A DNA stretch of 63,992 nucleotides, counting the filler, from Reclinomonas americana ATCC 50394 (Eukaryota): the NCBI GenBank assembly GCA_048213135.1. It is 14 parts of 14 records of this genome, joined end to end, with 100 filler letters (N's around TTAATTAATTAA, not from the genome) between each part and the next. Parts side by side here need not be neighbours in the genome. Positions count along the whole stretch, not along the records: positions 13,988 to 30,282 come from AFZH01021290.1; positions 30,383 to 37,660 come from AFZH01021291.1; 12 more parts are not named here. One strand, written 5' to 3'. Below the pieces are notes generated by a model. The model made no database searches. It had not been told where the DNA came from and saw only the letters and a list, made by a program, of their open reading frames with translations. A program made the position numbers and the translations under genes. Of the stretch, positions 23,810 to 37,636 are shown piece after piece (the first letter of the stretch is position 1; each line of letters begins with the position of its first letter).

Positions 23810-26625
23810 ATGGGGAGACCGCGATGGAGGGCCTCCACCTTCCTCCCTTTCCTCCTCCTCCTCCTCCTCCTCCTTCTCCTCACCTCTAGCTGCCTGGCGG
23901 CCCGCCCACCTGCCTTGCACCCCTTTGCCTCCACACCAGCCACCATCCGCCTCGAACCATTCCTCCGAGTCGGCGTGCGCTCCGTGCCTCTCGTGTCGCC
24001 CTCGGGAGGTGCTGCACAGTGGCGAGTGCAGCGCGACAGCGATGCACAGACACCAAGCTCAGTGTTGTCACTCAGCTCGCATGAGGCGCTTGGCGAGGCA
24101 GGTTTGTGTGTGTGTGTGCATGAAAATCACACGTGCATGCAGACTGATATGGTTGGGTCGCAGTCGAGGCCTTTGTGCGCGATCATGGAGGCCCAGTGGA
24201 GCAGCTGCTGAGTGACGTGTCGACCTACATTGAGGTGCACGCCTGTACTCTCCTCACATCACGCTTGATAATGCCGCTCATCCCATCCTCTCCCTTGTCA
24301 TTCAGCGACAACGCATTATACGTGTTGGTTGTGGTCACTTGCTCGGCGACTCGATGCTGTTTGCCAGTGATGCACCGCGCCCACTGTTTGCTCCTGGCGA
24401 CACGTCTCTGGTCGGGCTTGTCGGTGCACAGGGCACCAGCGCCGTGCTGCCGCTCACCGACGATGTCCACTCGCTGCGAGATGCTGGTGAGGTGATGTGT
24501 GCACTCGTTGCGCCTCTTCGTCTCTCACGTGCATTGTCAGTGACCATGGCGTTCGGCGGCCAGTCCGCCGCCTCGATCAACATGCAGCTGGCTCACACGT
24601 GGCGCTCCATTGTCGCGGTGCGTCGTTCTGTGTGCATGCACAAGCCTGTGATTTTCTGATGTTTCTTCTGTGCTCACAGACCGATGGCGCCATGCCGCTG
24701 CTGCGAGACATTTACTGCGACATTCACCTATACATTAGTGCTGTTGCGTGGAAACGAAACGTGTCACTTTCTCCCGCTACTGGTGCACGCTGACCCCGTC
24801 GTCCGACAGCGACCGCCTGGCTGGTGGAAACGACCATCACCGTCATCTGCTGTCGACGCCAGCCTCATCCCGCTGCCGTACGACGTCGATTCGCGAGCGC
24901 CCTTTGCCGAGTGGGCCCATGGCCATCGCTTGTCCGCACAGGCGCTCACCGGACCGCAGCGGAATAACATGTGGTGCCTCTCCGCCGCCATGCATGGTGC
25001 GTGTGTCTCCGTGTCCTCCTCTGATCTCTCTCGCTCTCTCTGAAGCAGCACGCACACCAGAGGCCATTGACTGCACGCACATCGGGCACGGCTTTGTGGC
25101 GCGGAGTGCATTGATGCCGCAGTCGCCGCTTCCCACAACAGACAAGAATGCGCCTCTCGGCACGGTGGATCCGGCGCAGCGGCAAGTTGGACTGCACTCG
25201 GCCGACTTTTGCCGCGACGTGGAACAGCACTTGTGGCACATGATGACGGATCCAACGGCACTGGCCGAGGCGCACACTGCGGTGGGCCGCCCGCACGCGC
25301 CGCAGCCGCTGGCCTTGTTTCCTGCCGGTTCCGCCTTTCGCGAAAATGCATCCACGCTACAGCGCCTCGCTCACCATCTGGCCTTGCATCCGTTCCACCT
25401 CTCGGTCGGCAACGACGACACAGACGACCGCCTCGTGGTGTTCACGGTGCTGGTGCTGGACGGCGACAGTCGTTCCGATTGGCTGCTGATGCTTGACAAT
25501 TGGCTGACACACTTTTGGCATTACCACGGATCGGAGGTGTTGCCGCTGATCGTGTGCGAGACGGAGACGACATATGCACTCGTGCAGCAGCTTCTAGAGT
25601 CTGCTGCAGGGCGACCACAGTCGGTGGCCGCCGCCTTTTTGGATGACTTCGGCTGGTTTGTGGCCGTCGGCGCTGCAAGCTGTCATTTTATGGCATTCCT
25701 CTGAACACCGTCTCATCTGTGCAGGCAACGCGACAAGGGCGGCCTTCCGTTTGGCTTCCCGGGCGCCTCCATCAACCTCAAATGGCTGTACACGTACCTG
25801 TTGCTCCGGTGCGGATATCGGCCGCTGCACATGGACGTCGATGCGCTCTTTGTCAGCCACGCTGCACACCTCACGCAGCTGAGCGACGTCGACGATGGCC
25901 TTGCGCCCGACATTCTCCTGCAGTACGACTACATGCGTTTGGAGACCGATGTGCAACCGTTGCTGCGCACGCCGTCGACGCAGCGTCGATTAGAGCCGTG
26001 GTTGTTTGCCTCGGATTCCGCCGTGCTGCCGGCGCCCTGGGTTGCGCATGCGTTCTTCACTGCCTCTCTGACATGTCGTTCTCCTTTCTCTCTCACCTAC
26101 TCTTCTCTCGTCTCTGTCTCTTCTCGTGCCGTCGCTGCACAGGTGACCATGACATGCGCCGAGCACCGCCGATACCTGCCCGTCAACGTTGGCGTGTTCA
26201 CCATTCGCCCAACCGTGTTCTCGCTGCGTCTGGTGGCGCACCTCGTGGCGCTCTTGGACGCACACTGGACGGAGCACAACGAGCAAATGCTGCTGCAGCT
26301 GCTCATCGACTACCACACTCGCCTCGGCCGCCTGCTCTTCGACTGGTTCGATCTGTGGCAAGTGAACAGCGCGCACGGTCTCATTATGCTGCGCGCCGCC
26401 CACGATCCCGACGGCCGCAGCGCTCGCGGCTACGAAGCCGGCTCACCAGCCGTGGTTGCGTGACGCAAGCATTCGTCGCCACTACCTGTACTCCCCTTCG
26501 TTGCTCACACTGCTTTTGTTGTGCAGCTGCACATCACCGCCACCGGCATGCCCAAGATACCGCGCATGCACGAGTTCGGATTGTGGCGAGCCGATGCACA
26601 AAGGATCCAGAAGATCGTCGAGTGA
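23810..26625 (+). CDS. Nucleotide-diphospho-sugar transferase (GT77/PF03407-like), paralog 1, with long N-terminal extension
   Basis: Signal peptide. Motifs MLDNWLTHF, LKWLYTYLLLRCGYRPLHMDVD (DxD), VNVGVFTIRPT, EQMLLQ and LH..KIPRMHEFGLW. Confidence 0.8.
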
Positions 26626-26802
26626 GCGTAGCATACGTGCCATTCGATAGTGGACCTGCCTGTGCTGGCCAACGCGCGTAGGAAAGGAAAAAAGACGACA
26701 GAGTTGTCGTCGCCGATCGCGAATGAAATGGAGTCGCTGCTGCAAATTCGTTCAAGTGTGGGAAAGAGAAGAGAGAGGCAGAGAGGGTCACGGTGGCGAG
26801 CC

Positions 26803-28536
26803 ATGCAGCCACGCAACGATAGATTCCGCCCCATCTTCATGGTGGCCTACTTCAGCCTCATCACCACCACGCTCTTCATACTATACAGAGTCGTTGCGTC
26901 TTGCACACTCACACACTCTCTCACGCACACACTCACTCACTCGCTCATCGCAGTCAAACATGGGCGACGAGAACGTCTCCTTCACCATGCTCTCTCCCTG
27001 GTCGTGGTGGCAGTACGGTCGCGAGTTTGCCGAGCAGTCAGACTCGCTCGATCATCTCGCAGATTGCAAGCTGGTGTGCGCTGATGCACCTCCACGAGGT
27101 ACACGCTCTTTGAGGCACACACACATGTACACACAGAGTCACTTACACTCTCTGTCGTGTGGCAGGCAAGCTTCCACCCAAGTGCGACTGCACGCGGATC
27201 GCTGCGGACTTTGTCGATCGAGGGCGACGGATGCTGCCTCCTCCGCGCCCGCAGATCGACAGTGAGCCTCTGTGGGCGTTCGAGCCGGGCTTCCTGCCTG
27301 CAGATGTGTGCAAGGAGACCGAGAGGTTTCTGTGGACAGCGCTCACCTCGCCTGTGGCGTTGCGCGAGGTCGAGGCGGCAGTCGGCAACCCCGAAGCACC
27401 GCAACCCGTGTCACTCTTCGCCACCAGCAAGTATCGCGAGTCGTACGTGGCACTGGCGCACTTGGCGGAGCGGCTGAAGACGGGTCAGCATTCGTTGAAC
27501 GATGATGGGCTGGTGGTGTTCACGACTGTCACGCTGCGGTCGACCACCGATGTGGAAAAGGCCAAGGGCTGGACCGACATGCTGCGCAACTGGCTCTTCC
27601 ACTTTCGCAAGCTGCACGGCGACGAGAAGAAGCCGCTTGTCATTTGCTCCGACCTGGGAACCTACAATGCGGTGCTGGAGATCACCGGCAACGATCGCAC
27701 CATCCCGCTGCTCGAGGAGACGCAGTGGTGAGTGTCTAGTCGCGTTCACTCCCTCCATCGATTGCGCACTCACTGTGGCGATATCGCCTCGCGCGCGCAG
27801 GCACATTGGCAAGGGTCCGGTTGGCGGCGAGCGAAAGCTGGACGTGTCGCTCAACATCAAGTGGATGTACGCGTACCTGATGGTGCGTTGCGGGTACCAG
27901 CCGCTGTATGTGGACACGGACGTCATCCTGCTGCGCGACCTGCGCACGGTGCCGGAAGTGCTGCTCGGGTTGCCGCAGGCGCGGCCCATTGACTTTCTCG
28001 GGCAGGCCGACTGCTTCGACGACTGCGATCCGGTGCCGACCGTCGAGGCCGAGGCAGCGTATCGCGTCGCCACTCCGTACACTCTCATGCCGCAGCCGTG
28101 CACCGGTGAAGGATATCCGAACTGTCGCGAGAACCAGCGTCGATTCTGCATCAACGGCGGCACATGGACCGCCCGTCCGACGGTGTACTCGCTGCGCTTG
28201 TTCGCTCACATGATCGACGTGCTCGAGTCGCGCTGGGACTGGTTCGAGCAAGACCTGGTGAACTTCCTCATGGACTACCACACCCGTCTCGGCCGTCTGC
28301 GCTTCGACTGGCTCGATCTGACCCGCGTGAACCACCAAGTCGGCTACAACAACCTCACCAAGCGCCGCGTGGCCTCCAACGATCGCGTGACTGTTGCGTC
28401 GCGCACTTTGCTTGTAATTGCTCCATCGCCGCCCACACTCATGGTCTTCCTGCAGCTGCACGTCATGGGCGTGTGGTACGACAAGATCAAGCTGATGAAG
28501 GACATGGGCTACTGGTTCGAGACCGACGAGCCATAA
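26803..28536 (+). CDS. Nucleotide-diphospho-sugar transferase (GT77/PF03407-like), paralog 2, type II membrane protein
   Basis: TM anchor. Motifs MLRNWLFHF, IKWMYAYLMVRCGYQPLYVDTDVILLRD, INGGTWTARPT, EQDLVN and LHVMG..KIKLMKDMGYW. Shares DYHTRLGRLxFDWxDL with paralog 1. Confidence 0.88.
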
Positions 28537-28595
28537 CACGTGATATAAAGAAAACCGTAATCCCTTGTGTAAAAACGCCCACACTATTTTTACGA

Positions 28596-29303
28596 ATGTG
28601 GTGGCTGTGGCGCGCATCGCACCCCCAAGCAGCCTCTGCTGCTGCTTCTGCACAGTCACCAGTGGTCGCCCTGTCGCACAGTGAAGCAGGCAAGGTCAGC
28701 GTTGGAAAGGAGACAATCTGCCTTGCCAGACACTCACACTCTCTCCCGCACACACAGTCGGGCGAGGTGGACTTGTGGCGCGACACGCCTGTGCGATACG
28801 CCGGCTACGCCAACGAGGTACACTCTCCCACCCCCACTCTCTTCCTCTCCCACACGATCGCTCACACCTCTCATGATCAGTTTGGAGAGGCATTCCGCGC
28901 CCACATCCCACTCGCCGTCGTCAAGGCCACCTATGTGGTAGCCTCGCTGTACGGCGCCTGCGATGCCGCCGACAAGGCATGGCGTCAGTACGAGGTGTGT
29001 GAGAAGCTGGGCATCACTGGCAGCGATCGCGCACTGGCCGTGGGCAGTGTCGCCGCCGATGTGGCCTTGTGGCAACTGGCGGCCTCGGTGGTGCTGCCGG
29101 CCTTTGCCGTCAATCGCACAGTGTGGCTCGTCAAGATGCTGGTGCCGCAGCGGTTCACGCTGCGCGGGTGGCTGCCGACGTTGTGCGGCCTGGCCATTAT
29201 TCCGTTCTTGCCGCTGGTGATTGATGTGGCGGTCGATCATGTGATGGAGCACTACCTGCGACCGCGGTACCAGCACCTGCAGCACTCGTTGCCTCCAAAG
29301 TAG
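28596..29303 (+). CDS. MTFP1: Mitochondrial fission process protein 1 (MTP18)
   Basis: DLWRDTPVRYAGYANE|FGEAFR, DAADK, WQLAASVVLPAFAVNR and WLPTLCGLAIIPFLPLVIDVAVD. Confidence 0.93.
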   Translation: MWWLWRASHPQAASAAASAQSPVVALSHSEAGKVSVGKETICLARHSHSLPHTQSGEVDLWRDTPVRYAGYANEVHSPTPTLFLSHTIAHTSHDQFGEAFRAHIPLAVVKATYVVASLYGACDAADKAWRQYEVCEKLGITGSDRALAVGSVAADVALWQLAASVVLPAFAVNRTVWLVKMLVPQRFTLRGWLPTLCGLAIIPFLPLVIDVAVDHVMEHYLRPRYQHLQHSLPPK

Positions 29304-29535
29304 TAGTCGTTGTTGTTGTTGTTAGTTTCCACGCACGTGTTAGAGACCTCTCTTTTCGCATTCCCCCCAGCTCAGCCTTGCATTCATTTTTCCCTGGCGT
29401 GAGCAGGAAGAGAATGAAAACAGAAAGAGAAGAAAGAAAGAAAAAAAGAAGACTAGTGTTGGGTTTTGCGCGTGTCGATGAGGCGCTCTGGTCACTCGAA
29501 CGCCACCGGCATCATTTTTTCAGAAGAAGGGGATT

Positions 29536-30213
<678 letters not shown>

Positions 30214-30383
30214 CTACAAGAACAGGAGGTGAGTTTCACCATCCGAGTAGGAACCAGCGAGGGGGGTGGGGCCGCAACTCCTNNNNNNNNNNNNNNNNNN
30301 NNNNNNNNNNNNNNNNNNNNNNNNNNTTAATTAATTAANNNNNNNNNNNNNNNNNNNNNNNNNNNNNNNNNNNNNNNNNNNNG

Positions 30384-30460
30384 ACGACTGGGCCGACATT
30401 CCCACCTTTGAGCAGTCAATGGCCAGTGGCCGTCAGTCGGTGAGTCGCGCCTTCGAGTTG

Positions 30461-30497
<37 letters not shown>

Positions 30498-32094
30498 CCG
30501 CAACTGACCATTTCTTTTCTCTTATTTTCGTGTCGCGCACACAGCACATGGGCGAGGCGCGTTTGAGCCTGAAGGTGCTGACGTTGGCGACGCACCAGAT
30601 CGAGATTCTGTTTGTGCTCTGCAACCTGATTGGTGGCCGGAGGAAACTGGACGTGCAGCAGCGCGCCGCCTCGCTCGGCCTCATCCCCATTCTGGCCAAA
30701 ACGTTTGCAGGCATGGAGTGGGATCCGCGCAAGGAGCACCAGCCGACCGACCCGCCGCACGGTCCCGGCTGCGACTGCAACCCGGAGAGCGCGCTAAAGG
30801 TGCAGATGTTGCGTCTCATTCACGCCTACTGCGACCGCGACATGGACGGACGCGACAACAAGATGCTCCTGCTGACACCCTCTGAGCTGGCGTCCGTGGG
30901 CAGTTGCGTGCACCGCGCACTCTCTTCACGGCACGTGCGTGTGTTTGTGTGCTCACTCAAAGAAATCCTCGTGCAGTCCAACGCCGCTTTGCCCCGTACA
31001 CACAATGCAGCGGCAAAACCGGCCTGATTCGGATGCTCATTGACGAGCTCATCCGCCAGCCCAAGGACTCCAACTATCGCTTCTGGATGGCGTCGTGTGT
31101 GGAGGCGTACTTGCGTGGCGCTAGCATGGAGGAGAAGGTGTTTGTGTGCCGCACGCCGCTGCTCCAGGTCTGTTTGCACTCTGTTTCCCCCGCCCTTCCC
31201 CTCCCTTCCCCCCTCGCTCACTCTCGCTGTCTTCCGCAGTTCCTGCTGTCGGACGTGATCAGTGACGGCCTCAACTGCCCCGGCAGTCTGCAGACCAGCT
31301 TTGATTTGCTGGGCGAGCTGTGCAAGTTCAACCCGGTCGGTCTGCGCCTGCTGAACGAAATGCTGAGTGAGGACGACATGGCGCGGCTGCGAGGCGTTGT
31401 GCTCGGCAACCTGGTGGACAGCAATGTGTTCCTCCGCGGCTGCCTGCTCACGCTCGAATCGCTGCGCGACATGCGGCCGTCGTCGGACTACCCGTTCGAT
31501 GTGTGCAAGTTTGAGCGGTTCTTTGACGTCGAGTCGCCGATGATCCTCAAGAGCCTGATGACGATTGTGACGCCAGAAGAGATCACTCAAGAGAGTTGCG
31601 TGCACCCTTGTGCCTCCGTGCGTGTCTCTTGCTTATGTTGCTCATTTCCCCCTCCGTGTGCAGACATTTGCTGTCTCAACACGGCCCTGGTGATCATCTT
31701 CCGGCTGCACTCGCACGGCGCACTGGAGTCCGTCCTGCGCAGCATCCGCGTCTACGAGCAACGGCACCGCGTGGAGGTTCTCGGCAACTTCCGCAAGCTG
31801 CTCTTCTTCTGGAAAGAGTACTACTTTTACCGCGGCCGCGACAAGCTCTCGCTGGAGCTCGGCAGCGGCCTGCCGTTCACACGCTGGCCGCGCATGGTCG
31901 ACAAGCTCATTGCCGAGGGCGGTCGCTTCTCACTGACCGGCGCACCACCACCAACGCCCTCCGCGGGCGCCACCATGCAAATGTTCCAAATGCTGCCCGG
32001 CTCACCCGCAATGGCCGCCGCAGCCGCCGCCTCTGCCGCCTCGGGAAGCAGCAGCAGAAGATCGCGAGAACTGTTTTCCAAGTTCACTCCATGA
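30384..32094 (+). CDS. TRPC4AP: TRPC4AP/TRUSS (DUF3689) homolog, 3' part
   Basis: HGPGCDCNPESALKVQMLRLIHAYCD, RFWMASCVEAYLRG, LQTSFDLLGELCKFN, NLVDSNVFLR, TQENICCLNTAL and NFRKLLFFWKEYY. Confidence 0.9.
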
Positions 32095-32269
32095 TGAGGG
32101 GAAGAAGAAGAAGAAGGAGATACAATATGGCGCTGACACATAACAACGAGACAAAAGAAAGAGGGAAGGAGAGGAATGCAAAAAAATGTAATCGTTTGGT
32201 TGGTTGATGATGTGCGAATTTACATGCATTGTGTTGTGTATGCCCCCGTGGGAGACACCCTTTGTTCCA

Positions 32270-32965
32270 ATGGCATCTGTGTGGCAGAGACTGAAGAATG
32301 CGACAACCGGAGGCAACAGCAGCGACGGAGACTCACTGGAGGATCTCAAGTGCCCGTGCCAGTTGTCCTTCAAAGAGCGCATGATTGGGTGCGAAATAAC
32401 GCACGCTCTCTTGCTCTCTCTCTCTGTGTGTGTGTCTCTCTCTCACACGTATGTATGTGCACAGCTTTGGCATCAGCTTTAGCATTGGCGCGCTTCTGAT
32501 GTTCCTCTCGTTCCTCTTTGTCATGTCGATCCAACTGACCAAGTTCGCCGTAATGTACTCCCTCGGCAACGTCTGCGCCCTCTGCTCCACCGGATTCCTC
32601 ATTGGACCCTGGCGACAAATCAAACAAATGGTCAGTCAACTCACAAGTCACTGTGAGATCTTTTCGTTTGTTTGTTTGACTTTGGGTGGCGAACAGTGTG
32701 CGCCTGTGCGAGTGGGCGCCACTCTCGGCTACGTGGGCGCCATGGTGATGACACTGGTCAGCGCACTCAAGGTTCGACTTGTCCCTCCTCGCGTGTGGCA
32801 TACTCCATTGACTGACTGGCTGTGCAACAGTTCCGCAGCTTCCTCCTGACCATGCTCTTCTTGCTCATTCAAATCGGCGCGATGATCTGGTACTGCCTCA
32901 GCTACATCCCGTTCGGGCGGAGGATCTGCAAAAGCTGTGTCGAGTCGGCTGTCACGGCTGTGTGA
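32270..32965 (+). CDS. SFT2: Vesicle transport protein, SFT2/Got1 family
   Basis: LSFKERMIGF, KFAVMYSLGN, STGFLIGPWRQIKQM and WYCLSYIPFGR. Three introns. Confidence 0.93.
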
Positions 32966-33261
32966 GCGTTTTTGCTGCTTGTCTGTCTTTGCCGCCCGCG
33001 CGCACGCCCTCCCCCCCGAGTTGCCGAGCCGTTCAATGAACGCACGCAGCGGTGGGACTCTGAACGCAGGCAGTGGAGTGTCTGTCGTCTCTGTATCGCT
33101 CGACCTCTTCTCGTTGTGGTCTTCTCGCGGGGGCCGTAGCAGGTGCGCGTTTTTACTCTATACGCAGGCAGCAGAGTGTCGACCTGCTGCTCTCTCTATT
33201 GCTCGACCTCTCGCGTCGTTGTGGCCTTTTCTACGCGCGCATGTCATTCTTCGTGTCAGCG

Positions 33262-33925
33262 TCACGAAGGCAGCGGACCGTAGTATCGCTGGCGCACGAG
33301 GGCAGCTGTTGGCACGTGGCACTCATCCCATCGCCCGAACCACTGGTAGCGTTTCTGTGAGGCACGCCAAGTGAGCTCAAAGACAGCAGCGGCGGAGAAG
33401 GGAGGAGAAGAAGGGTGGACCTTGGCGACGAAATCGTAGAAAGGGTCGGCCAAAGCGCGCGGCCACCACCCCACCAGCCAGTACACGACCGGCCACGGAG
33501 CTGCCATGTGTCGCGCCACTTGCAGTGCTGCTTGCGAGCCCGTGTGCAGCGATAGATCGCGCGTGTCCACCACCACAAAGCGATCCAGCACATCCTGCAG
33601 CGACATCTTCCGCGCGCCTGTCACCTCACTGACCACTCGCAGCAGATCGCTGGCCGCCTGCGCACGCAGACACACAGATAAGCCACTCACGCACAGTGCT
33701 CACTTGGGCCTTCCTCCTTGGCCTGTGCATCGCAACTGGAGACTGCGCGTGCACGTATGCCAGGTGCGCATGAGGATCGCGACGAGCGACGAACTGGATG
33801 CCTGCGTGACACAGGTGGCACACTCCGTCGTACACAATGATGCCGGTGACGTGTGGCGGGACCGCGAGTGGGAGTCGAGTGGAGGAGAACCAGCGACAGG
33901 CGCTGGTCGCGCGTGACAGGATCAT
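33262..33925 (-). CDS. DCC1-like thiol-disulfide oxidoreductase (DUF393), probably mitochondrial
   Basis: IVYDGVCHLC (DxxCxxC), FVARRD and PRALADPFYDFVAK|KRYQWFGR..C. Arg/Ser-rich presequence. Confidence 0.9.
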
Positions 33926-33986
33926 GTATGGGAGAAGACTGACTTGTCCCGCGATTGTTTCGTTTTCATTGTCGCTCTCACTCGCT

Positions 33987-35386
33987 TCATGCGGGTGTGC
34001 TGGGTGTGGCGACAAGTGCAGCGTTTAGTGGTCGACTTGACTTGCGAACGGGCGTGCGACGCGGCGAGTCCATCAGCACCTGCATGGTACTCTGGCACAT
34101 GCTCAGCTGCTCGTCGAGATCCTGCACGCCGCGGTCAGCACGCACGCATAAGGACAAGCACGATTAGCCGATCGGCTGTCTTTACCTGCAGCACGTTGAG
34201 CACGCGGCCGACCAGAGCCAGACTCGTGGCGGCACCGTCTTGTGTGCTGGCGGTGCTGCTCATGGACGGTGTGCGGCTTCCGTGTGGCGTCGACGGTGTT
34301 GGCGGCGGCAAATGCGGTGGCTCAGACACGGTGCGCGACCGCACACTGCTGCCCGGCGTTCGCAGCTCGCCAGTCGCCGCACTCGGCGTGTTGCCCTCGA
34401 TGCGCGGAGTCGACGACGCACGCTGCATCGGCGTTCTCTGCATGGCTTGCGGCACAGGCACCGGCGAGTCGGGCTCCCCATCGCCGTCGACATGACCATT
34501 GGCAGAGGATTGCAGAGGTCGCCTCGTCAGGCTCTCCTGCTGCTGGTGCTTGAAGGCCTCCAGCTCCGCTTGTACCGCTGCACACAGGGCAACACAGCAT
34601 GAGCTGGAGACTGCTTGTTGTAACAGACAGTCAGATCTACGCACCCGACAGCTGATCGCGCATCAACTGCAGCTCCTTGCTATGATGCATTCGCTCATCC
34701 TCCAGCTCACACTGCAGATACACCTTCTCCGCCGTCTGCCTCTCCAACGACGTCTCCAGATCCTCGGCACTGGCGGCCACCACACGTTCCCTATTCTCCA
34801 ACTCATCATTCACCTGCTCCAAGTACCTTATCCGCGCCTTCATCTCCGTCGCCTGCTGGTGCAGTCTCTCAACCTCCTCGCGCAACTCGGCAGTCGCCTT
34901 GGCCGCGGCCAGAGTCGACTGCTTCATTCGCGACTACACCCCACAGAGAGAGAGAGAAAGGCAAAGAGTGAGTGACTGAGAGAGAGAGAGATTAGTAGTG
35001 TGTCGCACCTGCAGCTCCTCCAGCTCCTCTGAGGTACTCCGCAGTCGCTTTGTGAGCTCCGCATTGCTTTGCTCTGCTCTCTGCAGTCCCGTCTGCAGCT
35101 CTTGCTCCAGCTCATGAGTCGACTCTTGAAACTCATCAAATCTGTTCTCCAGTGAGTGATCAATCAGTCTCTCTCGCGCGCACACACACACGCACTCTTG
35201 ATTGAGTTGTGCCACCTCTGCACATCGTGCAGAGAAGGCCTTCAACAGTGCGTCGCGCTGAGAGGAGGCAGTGGGCACAAGAGCTTCCAACGCGCGCTGT
35301 GTGCACAGACACGTGTGAGTGAGTGAGTGACACACAGATAGACAGACTGCCTTTGTGCTGCTAACTTTGAACTCCTCGGCGTCCAT
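33987..35386 (-). CDS. NDE1: NudE/NDEL1 dynein regulator homolog
   Basis: FDEFQESTHELEQEL, IRYLEQVNDELENRER, EKVYLQCEL, a Ser/Pro/Thr-rich linker and the C-terminal helix SLALVGRVL..LDEQLSMC. Confidence 0.85.
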
Positions 35387-35453
35387 GTGTCAACTGGAGT
35401 GATAAGAGAGGCGGACGCACACTGCGTCCTCAACTTCGCTCAAGTCTTTTCAT

Positions 35454-37405
35454 TCATTTTGAGGTGGGCACAGCCTGCAGAGCGGCGAGCATCAGCTCGC
35501 GAGTGAGGACCGGATTGGCCTTGCCACTGGTGGAGCGGATGACTTCGCCGACGAGGAAGCTGAGGATTCGATCGTCGCCACTTCGCGCACGAGCCGCCTA
35601 CACAGTACTTTACATGAGCGTCTGCTTGCTGGCGCAAGAAAGGCATGTACGTTACCTCGGCTTGTTTCGCCGCCAGCACCTTGTCGCAGGCTGCACGCAG
35701 CACGACGGGGTCGGAGAGCTGTTGCCAGCCGCGCTCTGTGGCAATGGCTGCGGTGTCGCGCTGGTCGCCGTCCATCATGCAGTCGAGCACCTTTTTGCCG
35801 ATCTTGCCCGAGATGAAGCCACGGTCGATGGCGTCGACTAGCGAGCTCAGCTGTGCTGGCGACACGGGGCTCTTGGCGAGCTCGGTGTCACGCGCTTTCA
35901 GGCGTCCAAACAACTCGCTGGTCAGCCAGTTGGCCGCGCGCTGCGGATTCGCTTTCTTGATGCACTGGCGAGAGGAGGCAAAGGGGGGGAGGGGGGTGCG
36001 GTGAGAACAAAGTGTAAGGATGGCGTTGACGTGGTGCAATCAGCACACCTCTTCGAAGAACGCCGGCGCATGCAACGTATGCACAATCACGGAGGCGTCG
36101 TACGGCGAAAGCCCGAGATCTCTCTGATACCTCTGCAACAGCTGCTCCGGCAACTCCGGTAGTGACGCACGAATGGAGGCGATCAGCTCCTGTTCACGCA
36201 GCGGTGAGTGCCGGCGCCTGCATGCCTTCCGCAATGAAGGATTCTCACCTCAGAGACGACCAGTGGCGGCAAGTCAGGATCGGGGAAGAATCTGGGGGTA
36301 GGCAAGCGTCAGGGAGTAGCCGCCCGCTCACCGTCTCCATCTCCACTCACCTGTAGTCCAGCAAACCCTCCTTGTCGCGCAGCGGCGACGTTGTTCCACT
36401 GACGGCATCGAAAGCCAGCGTCTGCCGAAGCACAGGCGTGCCCGCCGATAGCAACTTGATTTGCCTGCTCGCCTCGTGTTCTGCGAACGCGGTAAGGATG
36501 TACGCGTGTGAGCGAATATCAGCAGTAAAAGATGTGATACACACGGCTCACCGATGGCATTCATCACAAACTTGACGCTGTTGACGTTCTTCACTTCGCA
36601 CCGCTCACTGCGCAGTCCGAGTTCCGCGTTGGAGACGGTGACATTCACATCGCACCGCATGGCACCCTGCTCGCACACACTGTGAAAAGCACCACCACCA
36701 CCCAGACGATGCTGCTCCTCACGCACCTCATCCATGCTCGCCGAACTCGTGCCAATGTGCTGCAACAAGAACTGCAGCTTGCGCAAGAACTCGCCCGTCT
36801 CCTCGGCCGACCTGCATCACAACTCAGCTTTCCGCACTTGTCGAGGACATGCCGTCAATCACACACGCACCGCATGTCAGGCTCCGTCACGATCTCCATG
36901 AGGCCCACGCCCGCTCGATTAAAGTCCACAAACGTGAGCAGCCCATCCGCCGCATGCATACTCTTGCCAGTGTCCTGCTCCAGCTGCAGGCGCGAGATAC
37001 GAACCTGCCGCCCGCTATCTAGCGTCACATGCCCGTGTCGCATGATCGGATCTGCACGCTCCCATCGGTCACAACTTTTGCCAGGTCAAGGTCAAGGGGG
37101 GCGAAAGGAAACACAACACACCCGACTGCTGCGTGATCTGATATCCCAGCGGCAAGTCACAGTAATAGTAGTGTTTCCGCTCAAACAGACTACGCTGCTG
37201 CACGGTCCCATTCAGCGCCAAGCTGGTCATCACCGCGAGACGAACGCACTTGTCATTGATCGGCTGCAACTCGAATGAGCAAACGCGAGAAGAGGAGAGA
37301 CAGAGTGGAGAAGACGCACTGCAGGCAGTGTTCCAGGCATCGCCACGTCCACCCACGCCACGTGTGAGTTGGAGATTGCAGAGAGGTCGGCCGAGGGAGC
37401 ACCTG
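35454..37405 (-). CDS. GATB: Glutamyl-tRNA(Gln) amidotransferase subunit B, mitochondrial (5' end missing)
   Basis: [82 protein letters not shown] and GKANP. Confidence 0.96.
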
Positions 37406-37433
37406 CAACCAGGCAGTGAGGGACATGATCATC

Positions 37434-37636
37434 CGTGAAAGGCACAGTGAGAAGTACACTGAGAGGCACAGTGAGGACTAGTGAGAGGCACACTGAGATG
37501 CACACTGAGAGGCACCGAGACGTACACTGAGAGGCACAGTGAAAGGCACACAGAGATGTACAAGACGCACAGGGGAAGCACAGTGAGAAGCAAACTGTGA
37601 TGCACAGTGAGAGGAACAATGACAGGCACACTGAGG
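37434..37636. repeat. Degenerate 12-bp minisatellite (S)TGAGAGGCACA in a GatB intron
   Basis: About 17 imperfect copies of gtgagaggcaca/ctgagaggcaca. Confidence 0.85.

Noticed and set aside
197..28659. Long antisense and alternate-frame ORFs over real genes (for example 197-1153, 12484-13521, 22827-23669 and 27736-28659)
   Set aside because: Expected shadow ORFs in GC-rich coding sequence, with no motifs of their own.
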